Positions 37,113 through 47,015 are shown, counted from the first letter of the stretch. The stretch is 64,000 bases of DNA from Desulfotignum sp. (GCA_034522435.1 JAXHLJ010000016.1:72893-136892); one strand, 5' to 3'. Made by a program: numbers and translations. Notes: generated by a model not told the origin, from the sequence alone.

Positions 37113-38117
37113 ATGATGAAAAAAATTGTGGCATTTTTCATGGTAATTTTATTTTTCGCAGTTTCTGCCTATGCAGATGACTGCAAAAACCGGGGCACGC
37201 TGGATGAAATGTACTGTGATGAAAACATGGATCTTGTGGCAGATACGCCCAAAGACCCGGCCGATTGGAAAGATCCCAATACCCTGGTTTTCACCTATAC
37301 CCCGGTGGAAGACCCGGCGGTTTACAAAGATGCATTTGCTGATTTCCAGAAATATCTGGAAGAAGCCACCGGTAAAAAAGTGATCTACTATACCGTGCAG
37401 TCAAATGCCGCTGAAGTGGAGGCCATGCGGTCCGGGCGGCTGCATATCGCCGGATTCTCCACCGGACCCACCGGCTTTGCCGTCAATCTGGCCGGGTATG
37501 TTCCCATGGCTGTAAAGGGATACCATGACGGATTCCAGGGGTATAATCTGATTGTTGTCACCAAAAAAGACAGTGACATCAAGGAACTGGACGACATAAA
37601 AGGCAAACGCATTGCCCACACTTCAGCATCATCCAACTCCGGCAACCTTGCCCCCAGGGCGATTTTTCCCCAGTATGGTATTGTCCCGGACAAAGATTAC
37701 ACGGTTGTGTATTCCGGAAAGCATGACCAATCCATTCTGGGCGTTGCCCACGGGGATTATGATGCAGCACCGGTTGCCTCCGATGTCTATTACCGGATGG
37801 CAGATGCCGGCAGAATCAACGCGGATGACTTCCGCATCGTTTTCACCTCCCCCAAATTTCCCACCTCTTCCTTTGGTTATGCCCACAATCTGCATCCGGA
37901 TCTTGTGAAAAAGATTGTAGATGCTTTCTATTCCTATCGGTTTACCCCTGATATGCAGGAAACCTTCGGCGGTGCGGACCGGTTCTATCCGATAACCTAT
38001 GAAAAGGACTGGAAAGTCATCCGTGATATTGCCGCATCAACCGGTACCTCCTACAACCAGGACGGTCTGCGGAAAATGGCGGAAAAAGAAGCGGCCAAAG
38101 CAGCCAAAAAACAATAA
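37113..38117 (+). CDS. phnD: Phosphonate/phosphite ABC transporter substrate-binding protein
   Basis: 334 aa with a signal peptide. PhnD-type core YYTVQSNAAEVEAMRSGRLHIAGFSTGP. Confidence 0.85.
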   Translation: MMKKIVAFFMVILFFAVSAYADDCKNRGTLDEMYCDENMDLVADTPKDPADWKDPNTLVFTYTPVEDPAVYKDAFADFQKYLEEATGKKVIYYTVQSNAAEVEAMRSGRLHIAGFSTGPTGFAVNLAGYVPMAVKGYHDGFQGYNLIVVTKKDSDIKELDDIKGKRIAHTSASSNSGNLAPRAIFPQYGIVPDKDYTVVYSGKHDQSILGVAHGDYDAAPVASDVYYRMADAGRINADDFRIVFTSPKFPTSSFGYAHNLHPDLVKKIVDAFYSYRFTPDMQETFGGADRFYPITYEKDWKVIRDIAASTGTSYNQDGLRKMAEKEAAKAAKKQ

Positions 38118-38166
38118 CACAGGTTGAAATTTTCAGACGCCATTTGTTCCGGCTCTTTCGGGACAA

Positions 38167-39015
38167 ATGGCGCAGCTCCTTCATATGGTGATTTCACCAA
38201 AAAAAGCAGACCAGGTATATATGACTGAAGAGGCACAGAGCGACGGCACCGCTCTTCCGCAACGTTCCATTTGCATTGAAAATCTGTGCAAAGAATATGT
38301 CAGGGGCAAACCGATTTTACAAAATATCAATTTTACGGTCGAAGGCCAGAGCAGTGTTGCCATCATAGGCCCTTCCGGCACAGGCAAAAGCACCCTGATC
38401 CGGTGTGTCAACAAGCTGATTCCGCCCACTTCCGGCAATGTGTATATCAGCGGGGAAAACATCACGCACCTGACCGGCCGGGACCTGCGCATGGCCAGGA
38501 GAAAAATCGGCATGGTTTTCCAGGAATTCAACCTGGTGGAACGGCTGTCAGTTATGGAAAATGTATTGTGCGGCCGGCTGGGATATGTTCCCTCCTGGCG
38601 TGCCTGGTTGAGAAAGTATCCACAAAGCGATATTGACAAAGCATTTGCTCTTCTGGAATCCATCGGCCTGCTGGAGTTTGCGCACCAGCGGGCAGACAGT
38701 TTGTCAGGCGGCCAGCGGCAGCGGGTGGGTATCGCCCGTGCCATCATGCAGGAACCCCATGTGCTGCTTGCCGATGAACCCACCTCTTCTCTTGATCCCA
38801 AAACCAGTGTCGAAATTATGGAATTGCTGGTTTCTTTGTCCGGAGAACACGATATTCCCCTGCTGATCAACATCCATGATGTTGAACTTGCAAAACGCTT
38901 TACCGTCCGGGTCATTGGGCTTTCCATGGGGGGAATCATCTATGACGGTCCCCCGTCGGAATTGACCAACGACCATCTCGAACAGATTTACGGCGGTGAG
39001 AACTGGCTCCAATGA
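38167..39015 (+). CDS. phnC: Phosphonate ABC transporter ATP-binding protein
   Basis: Walker A GPSGTGKST, signature LSGGQRQRVGIARAI, Walker B LLADEPTSSLD. The start may be 38221 (MTEEAQ). Confidence 0.9.
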   Translation: MAQLLHMVISPKKADQVYMTEEAQSDGTALPQRSICIENLCKEYVRGKPILQNINFTVEGQSSVAIIGPSGTGKSTLIRCVNKLIPPTSGNVYISGENITHLTGRDLRMARRKIGMVFQEFNLVERLSVMENVLCGRLGYVPSWRAWLRKYPQSDIDKAFALLESIGLLEFAHQRADSLSGGQRQRVGIARAIMQEPHVLLADEPTSSLDPKTSVEIMELLVSLSGEHDIPLLINIHDVELAKRFTVRVIGLSMGGIIYDGPPSELTNDHLEQIYGGENWLQ

Positions 39016-39803
39016 CAGCAGATACAGCAAAAAATTTCGGCCCGGCTTTCAAGACAAACTGGTGGGGTCGGGCCGGTTGGCTGGCAGCGTTTTTGTATGC
39101 GGCATATGCGGCCAATTATCTTGACGTCTCCTGGATCCGTTTTCTCCAGGGATTGGGAAACGGGGCTGCTTTTTTAGCGGAGATGGTGCCTCCGAATTTT
39201 TCCCGCTGGCAGCTGCTTGCTGCAAATCTGATGGAAACGGTGGAAATTGCCATCATCGCTTCTGCCTTTGGCATTTTGGTCTCTTTGCCTGTGGGCCTGC
39301 TTGCGGCCAGAAACCTTATGCCTCTCTGGATCACCTGGCCTTTTCGTACTTTTATTGCCCTGTGCCGGTCTTTTCATCCCGTGATCTTTGCCATACTTTT
39401 TGTCAAGGCGGTGGGGTTCGGTCCCCTGGCAGGCATCCTGACTCTGATTTTTGCCTCCATCGGATTTATCGGCAAACTGTTCACAGAGGCCATTGAAGAG
39501 ATCTCCCTCAAACCCCTTGAAGCCCTGCGGGCCGCCGGTGCTCCCTTTATGAGTGTGATCATTTATGCGGTGCTCCCCCAGGTGCTCAACCGGTTTATCG
39601 GATTTTCCTCTTATCAGCTGGATGCCAACCTGCGCAATTCCACCATGGTGGGCATCGTGGGTGCCGGCGGCATCGGGGGTACCCTCTTTGCGGCATTCCA
39701 GCGGTTTGACTATGATTTTCTTGCGGCCATCCTTATTTCCATCATCGCCCTGGTCATGTTGAGTGAATTTATTTCCACCCGGATAAAGCGGGTTTTTCAA
39801 TGA
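39012..39803 (+). CDS. phnE: Phosphonate ABC transporter permease
   Basis: 263 aa, PhnE-type permease. The start overlaps the phnC stop. Confidence 0.85.
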   Translation: MTADTAKNFGPAFKTNWWGRAGWLAAFLYAAYAANYLDVSWIRFLQGLGNGAAFLAEMVPPNFSRWQLLAANLMETVEIAIIASAFGILVSLPVGLLAARNLMPLWITWPFRTFIALCRSFHPVIFAILFVKAVGFGPLAGILTLIFASIGFIGKLFTEAIEEISLKPLEALRAAGAPFMSVIIYAVLPQVLNRFIGFSSYQLDANLRNSTMVGIVGAGGIGGTLFAAFQRFDYDFLAAILISIIALVMLSEFISTRIKRVFQ

Positions 39804-40600
39804 GCCAGGCCCCTTCGTATAAATGGGAAAGATTCACCTTTTCCGAGCGGCTGGCCCGGTTTGCCGTGTTTCTCGGATTTGCCATCGCCCTGTCTCTTTC
39901 CATGCGCTCCGTGCAGATTATTCCCGAGTTTCTCTATGATGCCCCCACCCAGGTGGCAGACCTTTTCAAACGGATGTGGCCCATGGATTTTGCCTATTAC
40001 CCGGAAGGCATTCACCATGCCATGATGGAAACCCTTCACATTGCAACACTGGGAACCCTGCTGGCCATTGTCATGGCAATTCCCATCGGCGTTCTGGGTG
40101 CCCATAATATTGTACACATGCCCTTGCTGAACTGGCTTTCCAAATTGATCCTCGTGTCTTCACGATCGGTCAATTCCCTGGTGTGGGCCCTGCTTTTTGT
40201 GGCGGTTTTCGGACCCGGCCCCCTGGCTGGCACCGTGTGTATCGGCTTCCGGTCCATCGGTTTTGTGGGAAAACTGTTTGCAGAGGCATTGGAAGAGGTG
40301 GACCCCGGTCCCATAGAGGCATTGACAGCCTCCGGCGCCCCGTGGTTCAGTGTATTTCTCAAGGGCTACTGGCCCCAGGCTGCGCCGGCTTTCTGGGGGG
40401 TGTTTTTGTTCCGCTGGGACATCAATGTGCGAGAATCAGCCGTTATCGGCCTTGTTGGTGCAGGCGGTATCGGCATGGTGCTGGACACCGCTCTCAACCT
40501 CTTTTTCTGGAACCGCGTGTCCGTCATCCTGTTGAGCATCTTTGTGGTGGTAATCCTGGCCGAACTGCTGGTAACCGCCATCCGAAAGCGTATCATATAG
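39800..40600 (+). CDS. phnE: Phosphonate ABC transporter permease (second copy)
   Basis: 266 aa, paralogous to the preceding gene (e.g. GLVGAGGIG...FFWNRV versus GIVGAGGIG...FQRFDY). Confidence 0.85.
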   Translation: MSQAPSYKWERFTFSERLARFAVFLGFAIALSLSMRSVQIIPEFLYDAPTQVADLFKRMWPMDFAYYPEGIHHAMMETLHIATLGTLLAIVMAIPIGVLGAHNIVHMPLLNWLSKLILVSSRSVNSLVWALLFVAVFGPGPLAGTVCIGFRSIGFVGKLFAEALEEVDPGPIEALTASGAPWFSVFLKGYWPQAAPAFWGVFLFRWDINVRESAVIGLVGAGGIGMVLDTALNLFFWNRVSVILLSIFVVVILAELLVTAIRKRII

Positions 40601-40615
40601 TCCTGCACCACCTGA

Positions 40616-41512
40616 TCACCCCAGTGTTTCAAACACCAGGTCCGGCCTGACCGCAGACTGCTCCAGCATATCCAGGGTGGTGACACCGGTGAGCACCAGA
40701 GCGGAACAATACCCGAAATCCAGGGCGCCCTGGATATCGGACCGGATAAAATCCCCTGTCATAAGGACCTGGTTGCGGGGAACATGCCTGCCGTAAAAGG
40801 CTTCCAGCTGGGCATGGGTTTTTTCGAATATCGGAGAAAAAGGCTTTCCAAGATAAATGGGGGACACACTGATCCCGTAAGTTTTGAGCACCCGGACAAT
40901 AAACCGGGCCACCCCCCCTGCCCCGATGCAGATATGTCCCGGAATCTTTCCAGGATAGTATTCATCCGGGTTGGGAACAATCAGCAGGGCATCAGGTTTT
41001 TGGATAAAAAAATTGACAACCGTGTTGATGGTGGTTTCCCAGTCATATCCCTTTTCTCCCACAATAATGCCCTGGCAGTGATGGATTTCTGACAGATCCC
41101 GGGTGGTATGCAGCCCGGCCTTTTGTGCAAAACATGGATTGCCCAGGTTGCCCATGATAAAAAACGGGAAAGATGAAAAATTTTTTTCCGCATGCAGGGT
41201 TACCAGGCCGTCACCACAGGAAACAATCTCCGTAAAATGAATCTGCAGATCCGCAGCATTGAGAATGTCTGCCTTTTCCCGGGTGGAATGGTCCCCGTCA
41301 TTGGTGAGCAGAAAAAAAGGCATCCGTTTTTTGCGCAGCATGGCCAGCAAATCCTGGCTGCCAGGAGCCGCTCTGCCATTTACGAGCAGCACACCGTCTA
41401 TATCAAAAACCAAGGCATCCAGTGTATCCAGATGGCTCCGGAGCCATTCATGCAGGGTAGAGATTACGTCTGTGTTCAATAACATATTGCTGTTTTCAGG
41501 CCTCTGTATCAA
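40616..41512 (-). CDS. HAD-superfamily subfamily IIA hydrolase
   Basis: 298 aa. Motif I FDIDGVL, LTND, and C-terminal MTGDFIRSDIQGA. Confidence 0.75.
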   Translation of the reverse strand: MIQRPENSNMLLNTDVISTLHEWLRSHLDTLDALVFDIDGVLLVNGRAAPGSQDLLAMLRKKRMPFFLLTNDGDHSTREKADILNAADLQIHFTEIVSCGDGLVTLHAEKNFSSFPFFIMGNLGNPCFAQKAGLHTTRDLSEIHHCQGIIVGEKGYDWETTINTVVNFFIQKPDALLIVPNPDEYYPGKIPGHICIGAGGVARFIVRVLKTYGISVSPIYLGKPFSPIFEKTHAQLEAFYGRHVPRNQVLMTGDFIRSDIQGALDFGYCSALVLTGVTTLDMLEQSAVRPDLVFETLG

Positions 41513-41713
41513 TTTGTCCCATACAAGGCCATCTTATACCCCATCCTTTGGCGCTTGACAAATGGTTTGCCCGGGACGGAATCATCTTTTTTCATATGCA
41601 ATAACAGGTATTCCGGCCATAATAAATCCCCTTTTCTTTTGGGGTGATTAATGAAACAATAAAATCATGTAAATCAGCCGTCCTGGTTTAAAAAAAGAGC
41701 TGCGGAGGACCTT

Positions 41714-42778
41714 ATGGCAAGGTTTTTAAAAAACAGAGAAAAGGCAAAAGGCCAGAGTCCGGGTGCCCTCATATTTGTGGGGTCCCAAAAAGTCGATACC
41801 GTAAACATGCACCTGATTGACTATGACGATAATAACCTTACTGAAAAAGAACTTGTGGACATAAAAGACGGCGTCCGTTACAAAAATACACGGTCAGTAA
41901 CCTGGATCAATGTCAACGGCCTGCACGATGTGGCGGCCATCGGCAAAATCGGTCAGGCATTTGATCTGCATCCGCTGGTGATGGAAGACATCCTCAACAC
42001 CGGACAGCGGCCCAAAATCGATGATTACGGGTCCTATATCTTCATTGTTCTGAAAATGATCCGGTTCGACAAAGACACCCAGAAGATTGTCAATGAGCAG
42101 CTGAGTGTTGTGCTGGCAGAAACCTTTGTACTGACGTTTCAGGAGCGGCCAGGGGATGTATTTAATCCAGTCAGGGAAAGGATCCGGCGGCAGACATCCC
42201 GCATAAGGGGGGCCGGAACCGATTATCTGGCCTATGCGCTCATGGACACGGTGGTGGAAAATTACATTTCTGTCATCGAGCATATCGGGGATCAGATTGA
42301 GGACCTTGAAGAAGCGGTTCTTTCTGGCCATAATTCGGATGTGATGGAATCAATCAACCTGTTCAAAAGAGAGACCAGTTATCTGAGAAAATCCATCCGC
42401 CCTGCCCGGGAAGCCGTGTTCCAGCTGTCAAGACTTGAAAGCGATCTGATCCATGAAAAAACACTGCCGTTTCTCAAAGATATGGAAGACCTGATCATCC
42501 ATGCCACAGAAGCCATTGATACATACAGGGACCTGTTGACCGACCAGCTCAATATCTATAACTCAGTTGTGGCCAACAAGATGAACGATATCATGAAAGT
42601 ACTCACCATCTTTGCCGCCATTTTCATACCCCTCACCTTTATCGCCGGCATTTACGGCACCAATTTTGAATATCTGCCGGAACTCAAATACAAGTACAGT
42701 TATTTCATTTTCTGGGGGGTGCTGGTCTTTATTGCAGGTGCATCCCTGTATTATTTTAAAAAAAAGAAATGGTTTTAA
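41714..42778 (+). CDS. corA: CorA-family divalent cation transporter with a GTN variant of the GMN motif
   Basis: 354 aa with two C-terminal TM helices. YGTNFEYLPE stands where CorA has YGMNF. Confidence 0.85.
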   Translation: MARFLKNREKAKGQSPGALIFVGSQKVDTVNMHLIDYDDNNLTEKELVDIKDGVRYKNTRSVTWINVNGLHDVAAIGKIGQAFDLHPLVMEDILNTGQRPKIDDYGSYIFIVLKMIRFDKDTQKIVNEQLSVVLAETFVLTFQERPGDVFNPVRERIRRQTSRIRGAGTDYLAYALMDTVVENYISVIEHIGDQIEDLEEAVLSGHNSDVMESINLFKRETSYLRKSIRPAREAVFQLSRLESDLIHEKTLPFLKDMEDLIIHATEAIDTYRDLLTDQLNIYNSVVANKMNDIMKVLTIFAAIFIPLTFIAGIYGTNFEYLPELKYKYSYFIFWGVLVFIAGASLYYFKKKKWF

Positions 42779-42987
42779 CGGTCTTCTGAGAGATCAATTT
42801 CACACTGGTCATTCAGATGCAGCTTGAAAACATAAATTGCCAGGGCAACGATGGGCACAACCAGAACCAGCCCGATCACCGGCAGAAGGGTAAAGCTGAC
42901 AACGGTCATGGCCAACGCAGCGGCAACCAGAATCATTCCCAGGGTAAATTTCGATATTTTCTGGGGTAAACAAGACGACAGTTTCAT
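42775..42987 (-). CDS. Small two-TM membrane protein (hypothetical)
   Basis: 70 aa from the ATG at 42987 (AAGGAG 6 nt upstream). Hydrophobic core LGMILVAAALAMTVVSFTLLPVIGLVLVVPIVALAIYVF. Its stop codon overlaps the corA stop on the other strand. Confidence 0.45.
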   Translation of the reverse strand: MKLSSCLPQKISKFTLGMILVAAALAMTVVSFTLLPVIGLVLVVPIVALAIYVFKLHLNDQCEIDLSEDR

Positions 42988-43093
42988 GGCATTCTCCTTA
43001 GTTGTTTTTTTGGACCACACAAGTACATTTTTAATTCACGTTTCAACAAATATTAAGTCTGACCGGCCATAAGTCAATGGAAAAGCCATATGT

Positions 43094-44609
43094 TCAACAC
43101 CATCCAAAGGATTTTTTCACGGCTTTGAGCCACCTGTCATACAGCCGGGTCCGAAGATCGTCATCCATGTCCGGATGCCAGGTGGTGTGGGCCTGCCAGT
43201 TTTTCTCAAGCGACTGGGTGTCCGGCCAGAACCCCACGGCCAGACCGGCAGCGTACGCCGCCCCCAGGGCCGTGGTTTCCGTGACCCTGGGCCGGATCAC
43301 ATCCACGTTCAGGATATCGGCCTGGAACTGCATCAATGTCCGGTTTTCCACCATGCCGCCGTCCACTTTCAGGGTCTTGAGATTCAGGTCCCGGCCCAGG
43401 TCTTTTGAAATGGCTTCCACAATGTCCCGTGTCTGGTATGCGCTGGCTTCCAATACAGCCCGGGCGATATGGCCTTTGTTGGCAAACTGGGTCAGCCCCG
43501 TGATCACCCCTCTGGCATCGGACCGCCAGTAGGGGGCGAACAGCCCGGAAAACGCGGGTACGCAATACACATCCCCGTTGTCTTCAACGGTGTTGGCCAG
43601 GGCCTCGATTTCCGGCGCGGAAGCGATCAGCCCCAGGTTGTCCCGGACCCACTGCACCAGTGCCCCGGCATAGGCAATGGACCCTTCCAGGGCATACACG
43701 GGCTTCTCTCCCTGTATCTGGTATCCCAGGGTGGTGAGCAGCCCGTGGTTGGAAACCGTGATGTCATGCCCGGTGTTGAACAGCAGAAAACACCCGGTGC
43801 CATAGGTGTTTTTGGCTTCTCCCGGTGCAAAGCAGGTGTGGCCGAACAGCGCGGCCTGCTGGTCTCCCAGAGCCCCCCCCACGGTCACCCCTTCTCCCAG
43901 GGGGCCGGCGGCATCGGTCTTTCCCAGCGCGGCCGGGTCGGACGAGGGCACAATGGCCGGCAGGCAGTCCCGGGGAATTCCCAGAGTGTCCAGAATATCC
44001 GGATCCCAGTCCAGGGTGTTCAGGTTCATGAGCAGGGTCCGGGAGGCATTGGTCACATCCGTGACATGGTTTCCTTTCCCCGGTCCGCCCGTAAGGTTCC
44101 AGATCACCCAGGTGTCCATGGTCCCGAAAAGAGCAGCGCCTTTTTTCACAGCCTGTCTGACCGCCGGCACATGGTCTATCATCCATTTGATCTTGGGACC
44201 GGAAAAATAGGTGGCCGTGGGCAGGCCGGTTTTTTGCCGGAAGCAGTCTTTGCCGTGAACGGCATCCAGATTCCGGCAGATCTCGTCACTGCGGGCGCAC
44301 TGCCATACAACGGCATGATACAGCGGTTGTCCCGTGTGCCTGTCCCAGGCCGTCACGGTCTCTCTCTGGTTGGTGACCCCGACAGCGGCCAGGTCCCTGC
44401 CGCTGAGGCCGGCCTTTTCCAGGGCCTTTGGCAATGACCGTGAAGGTGTTGTCCCGGATCCGGGCCGGATCATGGGCCACCCACCCGGGTTTTTCACAGA
44501 TCTGGTCATGTTCCATCCGGCTGACGGCCACAATGCCGCCGTCCTTGTCAAAAATGATGAACCGGGTGCTGGTGGTGCCCTGATCCACGGCGCCGAGATA
44601 GGATGTCAT
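43094..44609 (-). pseudogene. glpK: Glycerol kinase with a +1 frameshift near codon 62
   Basis: The N-terminus [24 protein letters not shown]...FTVIAK is in one frame, and the rest ([23 protein letters not shown]...) is in the 485-aa ORF. The extra G lies in aaaGGccc on the minus strand, at plus-strand 44423-44427. Confidence 0.75.
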
Positions 44610-44637
44610 GACATGCCTCCTTGTGACAAGGTGTTTC

Positions 44638-45126
44638 CTACAACCGGATGATCTCAGGTGACTGACCGCAATGTTCCAAAAATGTCACCAGGTCTTTGGA
44701 TTGGATGGTGGTGGTGGCGGTGTTTTCCAAAGGATGAAAATTGAGCAGATCATGGGTCATCAGTTCTTCGTCCAGAACGATCTTGACCTCGTGGTCCTTG
44801 ATATTGACGGCCGCAAACGGGGTGACCGCACCGGGAATCATGCCCAAAACTTCCATGAGCAGGTCGGGCTTGGCAAACGACATGTTGTTGCCGCCGATTT
44901 TTTTGGCCACTTCCTTGATTTTGATGGGCTTGTCCGCCAGGGTCACCACCAGGAACAGATTTTTCTTCTTGTCCTTGAAAAACAGATTCTTGCTGTGGGC
45001 ACCCTCGATGCCGTGCTGATGCTGAGCCGCCTCTTCCACGGTAAATACCGGCGGGTGTTCATGGTTGGTGTGTTCAATGCCGATATCGGACAACAGGGTG
45101 AGCAGTTCTTGCTGGGTCTGTAACAT
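44638..45126 (-). CDS. YbaK/ProX-type aminoacyl-tRNA deacylase domain protein
   Basis: 162 aa from MLQTQQELL (RBS AGAGGA). HSKNLFFKDKKKNLFLVV and IPGAVTPFA are typical of the prolyl-tRNA synthetase-associated editing domain. Confidence 0.7.
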   Translation of the reverse strand: MLQTQQELLTLLSDIGIEHTNHEHPPVFTVEEAAQHQHGIEGAHSKNLFFKDKKKNLFLVVTLADKPIKIKEVAKKIGGNNMSFAKPDLLMEVLGMIPGAVTPFAAVNIKDHEVKIVLDEELMTHDLLNFHPLENTATTTIQSKDLVTFLEHCGQSPEIIRL

Positions 45127-45166
45127 TTGTTTCCTCTTTAGAACGGTTTGAGGGCAGCGAACCTTG

Positions 45167-45931
45167 CTACCCATAGTTGACATACATGAGCCGCACAATG
45201 GTGATAAACACCACGGTCAGAAAGAACGGCCGGATAAACACGGCCCCTCTCTGGATGGCCAGGCCGGAACCGGCCCGGGCCCCGATAACCTGGCCGGCCG
45301 CCATGACTAGCCCGGCGGACCACAGCACGTTGCCGCCGATGATGAACACAGCCAGGGCCACGATATTGGACACAAAATTCATCACCCGGGTGGTGCCCAC
45401 GGCTCCGGTCATATCCATGCCCAGAAAAATGAGCAAAGCCCCGGTCCAGAACGAGCCGGTGCCAGGGCCGAAAAAACCGTCGTAAAACCCCAGCCCGGTA
45501 CCGAACAGCACAAAAAACAGGTTTCGTCCCATTTTCGGGGCTGACGGCTGCAACCCCAGGGTTTTTGAAAACAGGGTATAAAAAAACACCACCAGAAGCA
45601 AGGCCGGAATCAGGTGTCTGATGAACCCGGAATCCATATGCTGGATAATCACCGCCCCGATGACTGCTCCGCAGAAAGTGAAGGCTATGCCGGCCCAGCA
45701 CTGGCGGATATCCACCAAACCTTTGGAAATGAAATTGACGGCAGCGGACAGGGTTCCGAAACTGCCCTGAAGCTTGTTGGTGCCCAGGGCCACGGCAGGG
45801 GGCAGACCCACCGCCAGCAGGGCCGGCAGGGCGATCAGCCCGCCCCCGCCGGCAATGGCATCCACAAACCCGGCACACAGGCCCGTGGCAAACAAGATGC
45901 CGAAACTGATGAGTGACAGGTCTTCTATCAT
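45167..45931 (-). CDS. TauE/SafE family sulfite/anion exporter-like membrane protein
   Basis: 254 aa with 7-8 TM segments. AGFVDAIAGGGGLI and GTNKL motifs. Confidence 0.75.
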   Translation of the reverse strand: MIEDLSLISFGILFATGLCAGFVDAIAGGGGLIALPALLAVGLPPAVALGTNKLQGSFGTLSAAVNFISKGLVDIRQCWAGIAFTFCGAVIGAVIIQHMDSGFIRHLIPALLLVVFFYTLFSKTLGLQPSAPKMGRNLFFVLFGTGLGFYDGFFGPGTGSFWTGALLIFLGMDMTGAVGTTRVMNFVSNIVALAVFIIGGNVLWSAGLVMAAGQVIGARAGSGLAIQRGAVFIRPFFLTVVFITIVRLMYVNYG

Positions 45932-45936
45932 GCCGG

Positions 45937-46845
45937 CTATTTGGGATCGATGTTGAACAGCAGGTCATTTTCCAGATACACCTGTTCCAGTTGTTCCTGA
46001 TAATCCCGCAACGCCTCGCCTTTGCGGTGGGCCAGTTCCTGAACCATATACTGGATCACGGCCAGCATGCCTGAGACATTGCCGATAAAGGGAATGGACT
46101 TGGACGGCACCACCAGGGACAGATGAGCAAAGGGAATCACCGGGGAGATGCTGGAGTCCGTGAGCACCAGCAGGGTGTGGCCGCATCGCCGGATCATCTT
46201 GCTCAATTTGATCAGCTCGTTGGGATACCGGGTGGTGGCGGTGAGGATCACCACGCTCTGGGACGGGGCATTGGCCAGCATGTCCATGGCTGTGGAGTCG
46301 CTGCCCCTGAGAATCTGGACCCCCTTGCGCACCTTGGTCAACGACCAGCCCAGGTAGTAGGCGAAGGTGTAGGACAGCCGGGAGCCGGTGACATAGATGA
46401 ACGGGGTGGTGTCCATGTGGGTGATGAACTGGTTCATACGCGCCACATCGATGTTTTCGTACAGGTATTTCAGGTTGTTGAGTTCCTCTAAAATTCCCCG
46501 GTGAAGCCGGTCCAGTCCGGGGGCGTCAATGCCTTTGAGGTTGACCCGGTCGGGCAGGCTCAAGCCGGTATTGATGAAATCCTTGAGCGCGTCCTGGAAA
46601 TCCGAGTATCCTTTATATCCCAGGGTGGCCACGAACCGCACCACTGTGGCTTCACTGACTTCACAGGCTTCCGCCAGCTCCCTGGTGGTCATGAACACCA
46701 CCTTGGCCGGGTTGAGCATAATGTAGCTGCCCAGGGCCTGGGCTTTGGGGGTCAGGGAATCCAGTTTGCTGGAAATATCATCTATCACCGGGTGTGATGC
46801 CAAATCATTCATTGTAACAGCCTTATTTAAAAAGGGTTTTGTCAT
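45937..46845 (-). CDS. MurR/RpiR family transcriptional regulator (HTH_6 + SIS)
   Basis: 302 aa. HTH TTRELAEACEVSEATVVRFVATLGYKGYSDF and a SIS domain with FIYVTGSRLSY. Confidence 0.85.
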   Translation of the reverse strand: MTKPFLNKAVTMNDLASHPVIDDISSKLDSLTPKAQALGSYIMLNPAKVVFMTTRELAEACEVSEATVVRFVATLGYKGYSDFQDALKDFINTGLSLPDRVNLKGIDAPGLDRLHRGILEELNNLKYLYENIDVARMNQFITHMDTTPFIYVTGSRLSYTFAYYLGWSLTKVRKGVQILRGSDSTAMDMLANAPSQSVVILTATTRYPNELIKLSKMIRRCGHTLLVLTDSSISPVIPFAHLSLVVPSKSIPFIGNVSGMLAVIQYMVQELAHRKGEALRDYQEQLEQVYLENDLLFNIDPK

Positions 46846-46904
46846 GGACGGGTTATTTTGTATTTTCTTGATTTTATTGAGATTTAATCCAAATGGATTT
46901 TTTT

Positions 46905-46968
46905 GTCAAGAACAAATGAAAGAAAAACTATCATTTTTGAATAAAGTTCTTGACATGATTTCTTTCAT
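46905..46968. promoter_or_regulatory. Two interleaved inverted-repeat pairs in the rpiR/soxB divergent region
   Basis: GTCAAGAAC (46905-46913) pairs with GTTCTTGAC (46946-46954). ATGAAAGAAA (46916-46925) pairs with TTTCTTTCAT (46959-46968). Confidence 0.5.
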
Positions 46969-47015
46969 AGCGTATTGACGAACTGGGTATGTCGAAAAAT
47001 AATAACAATATCTAA

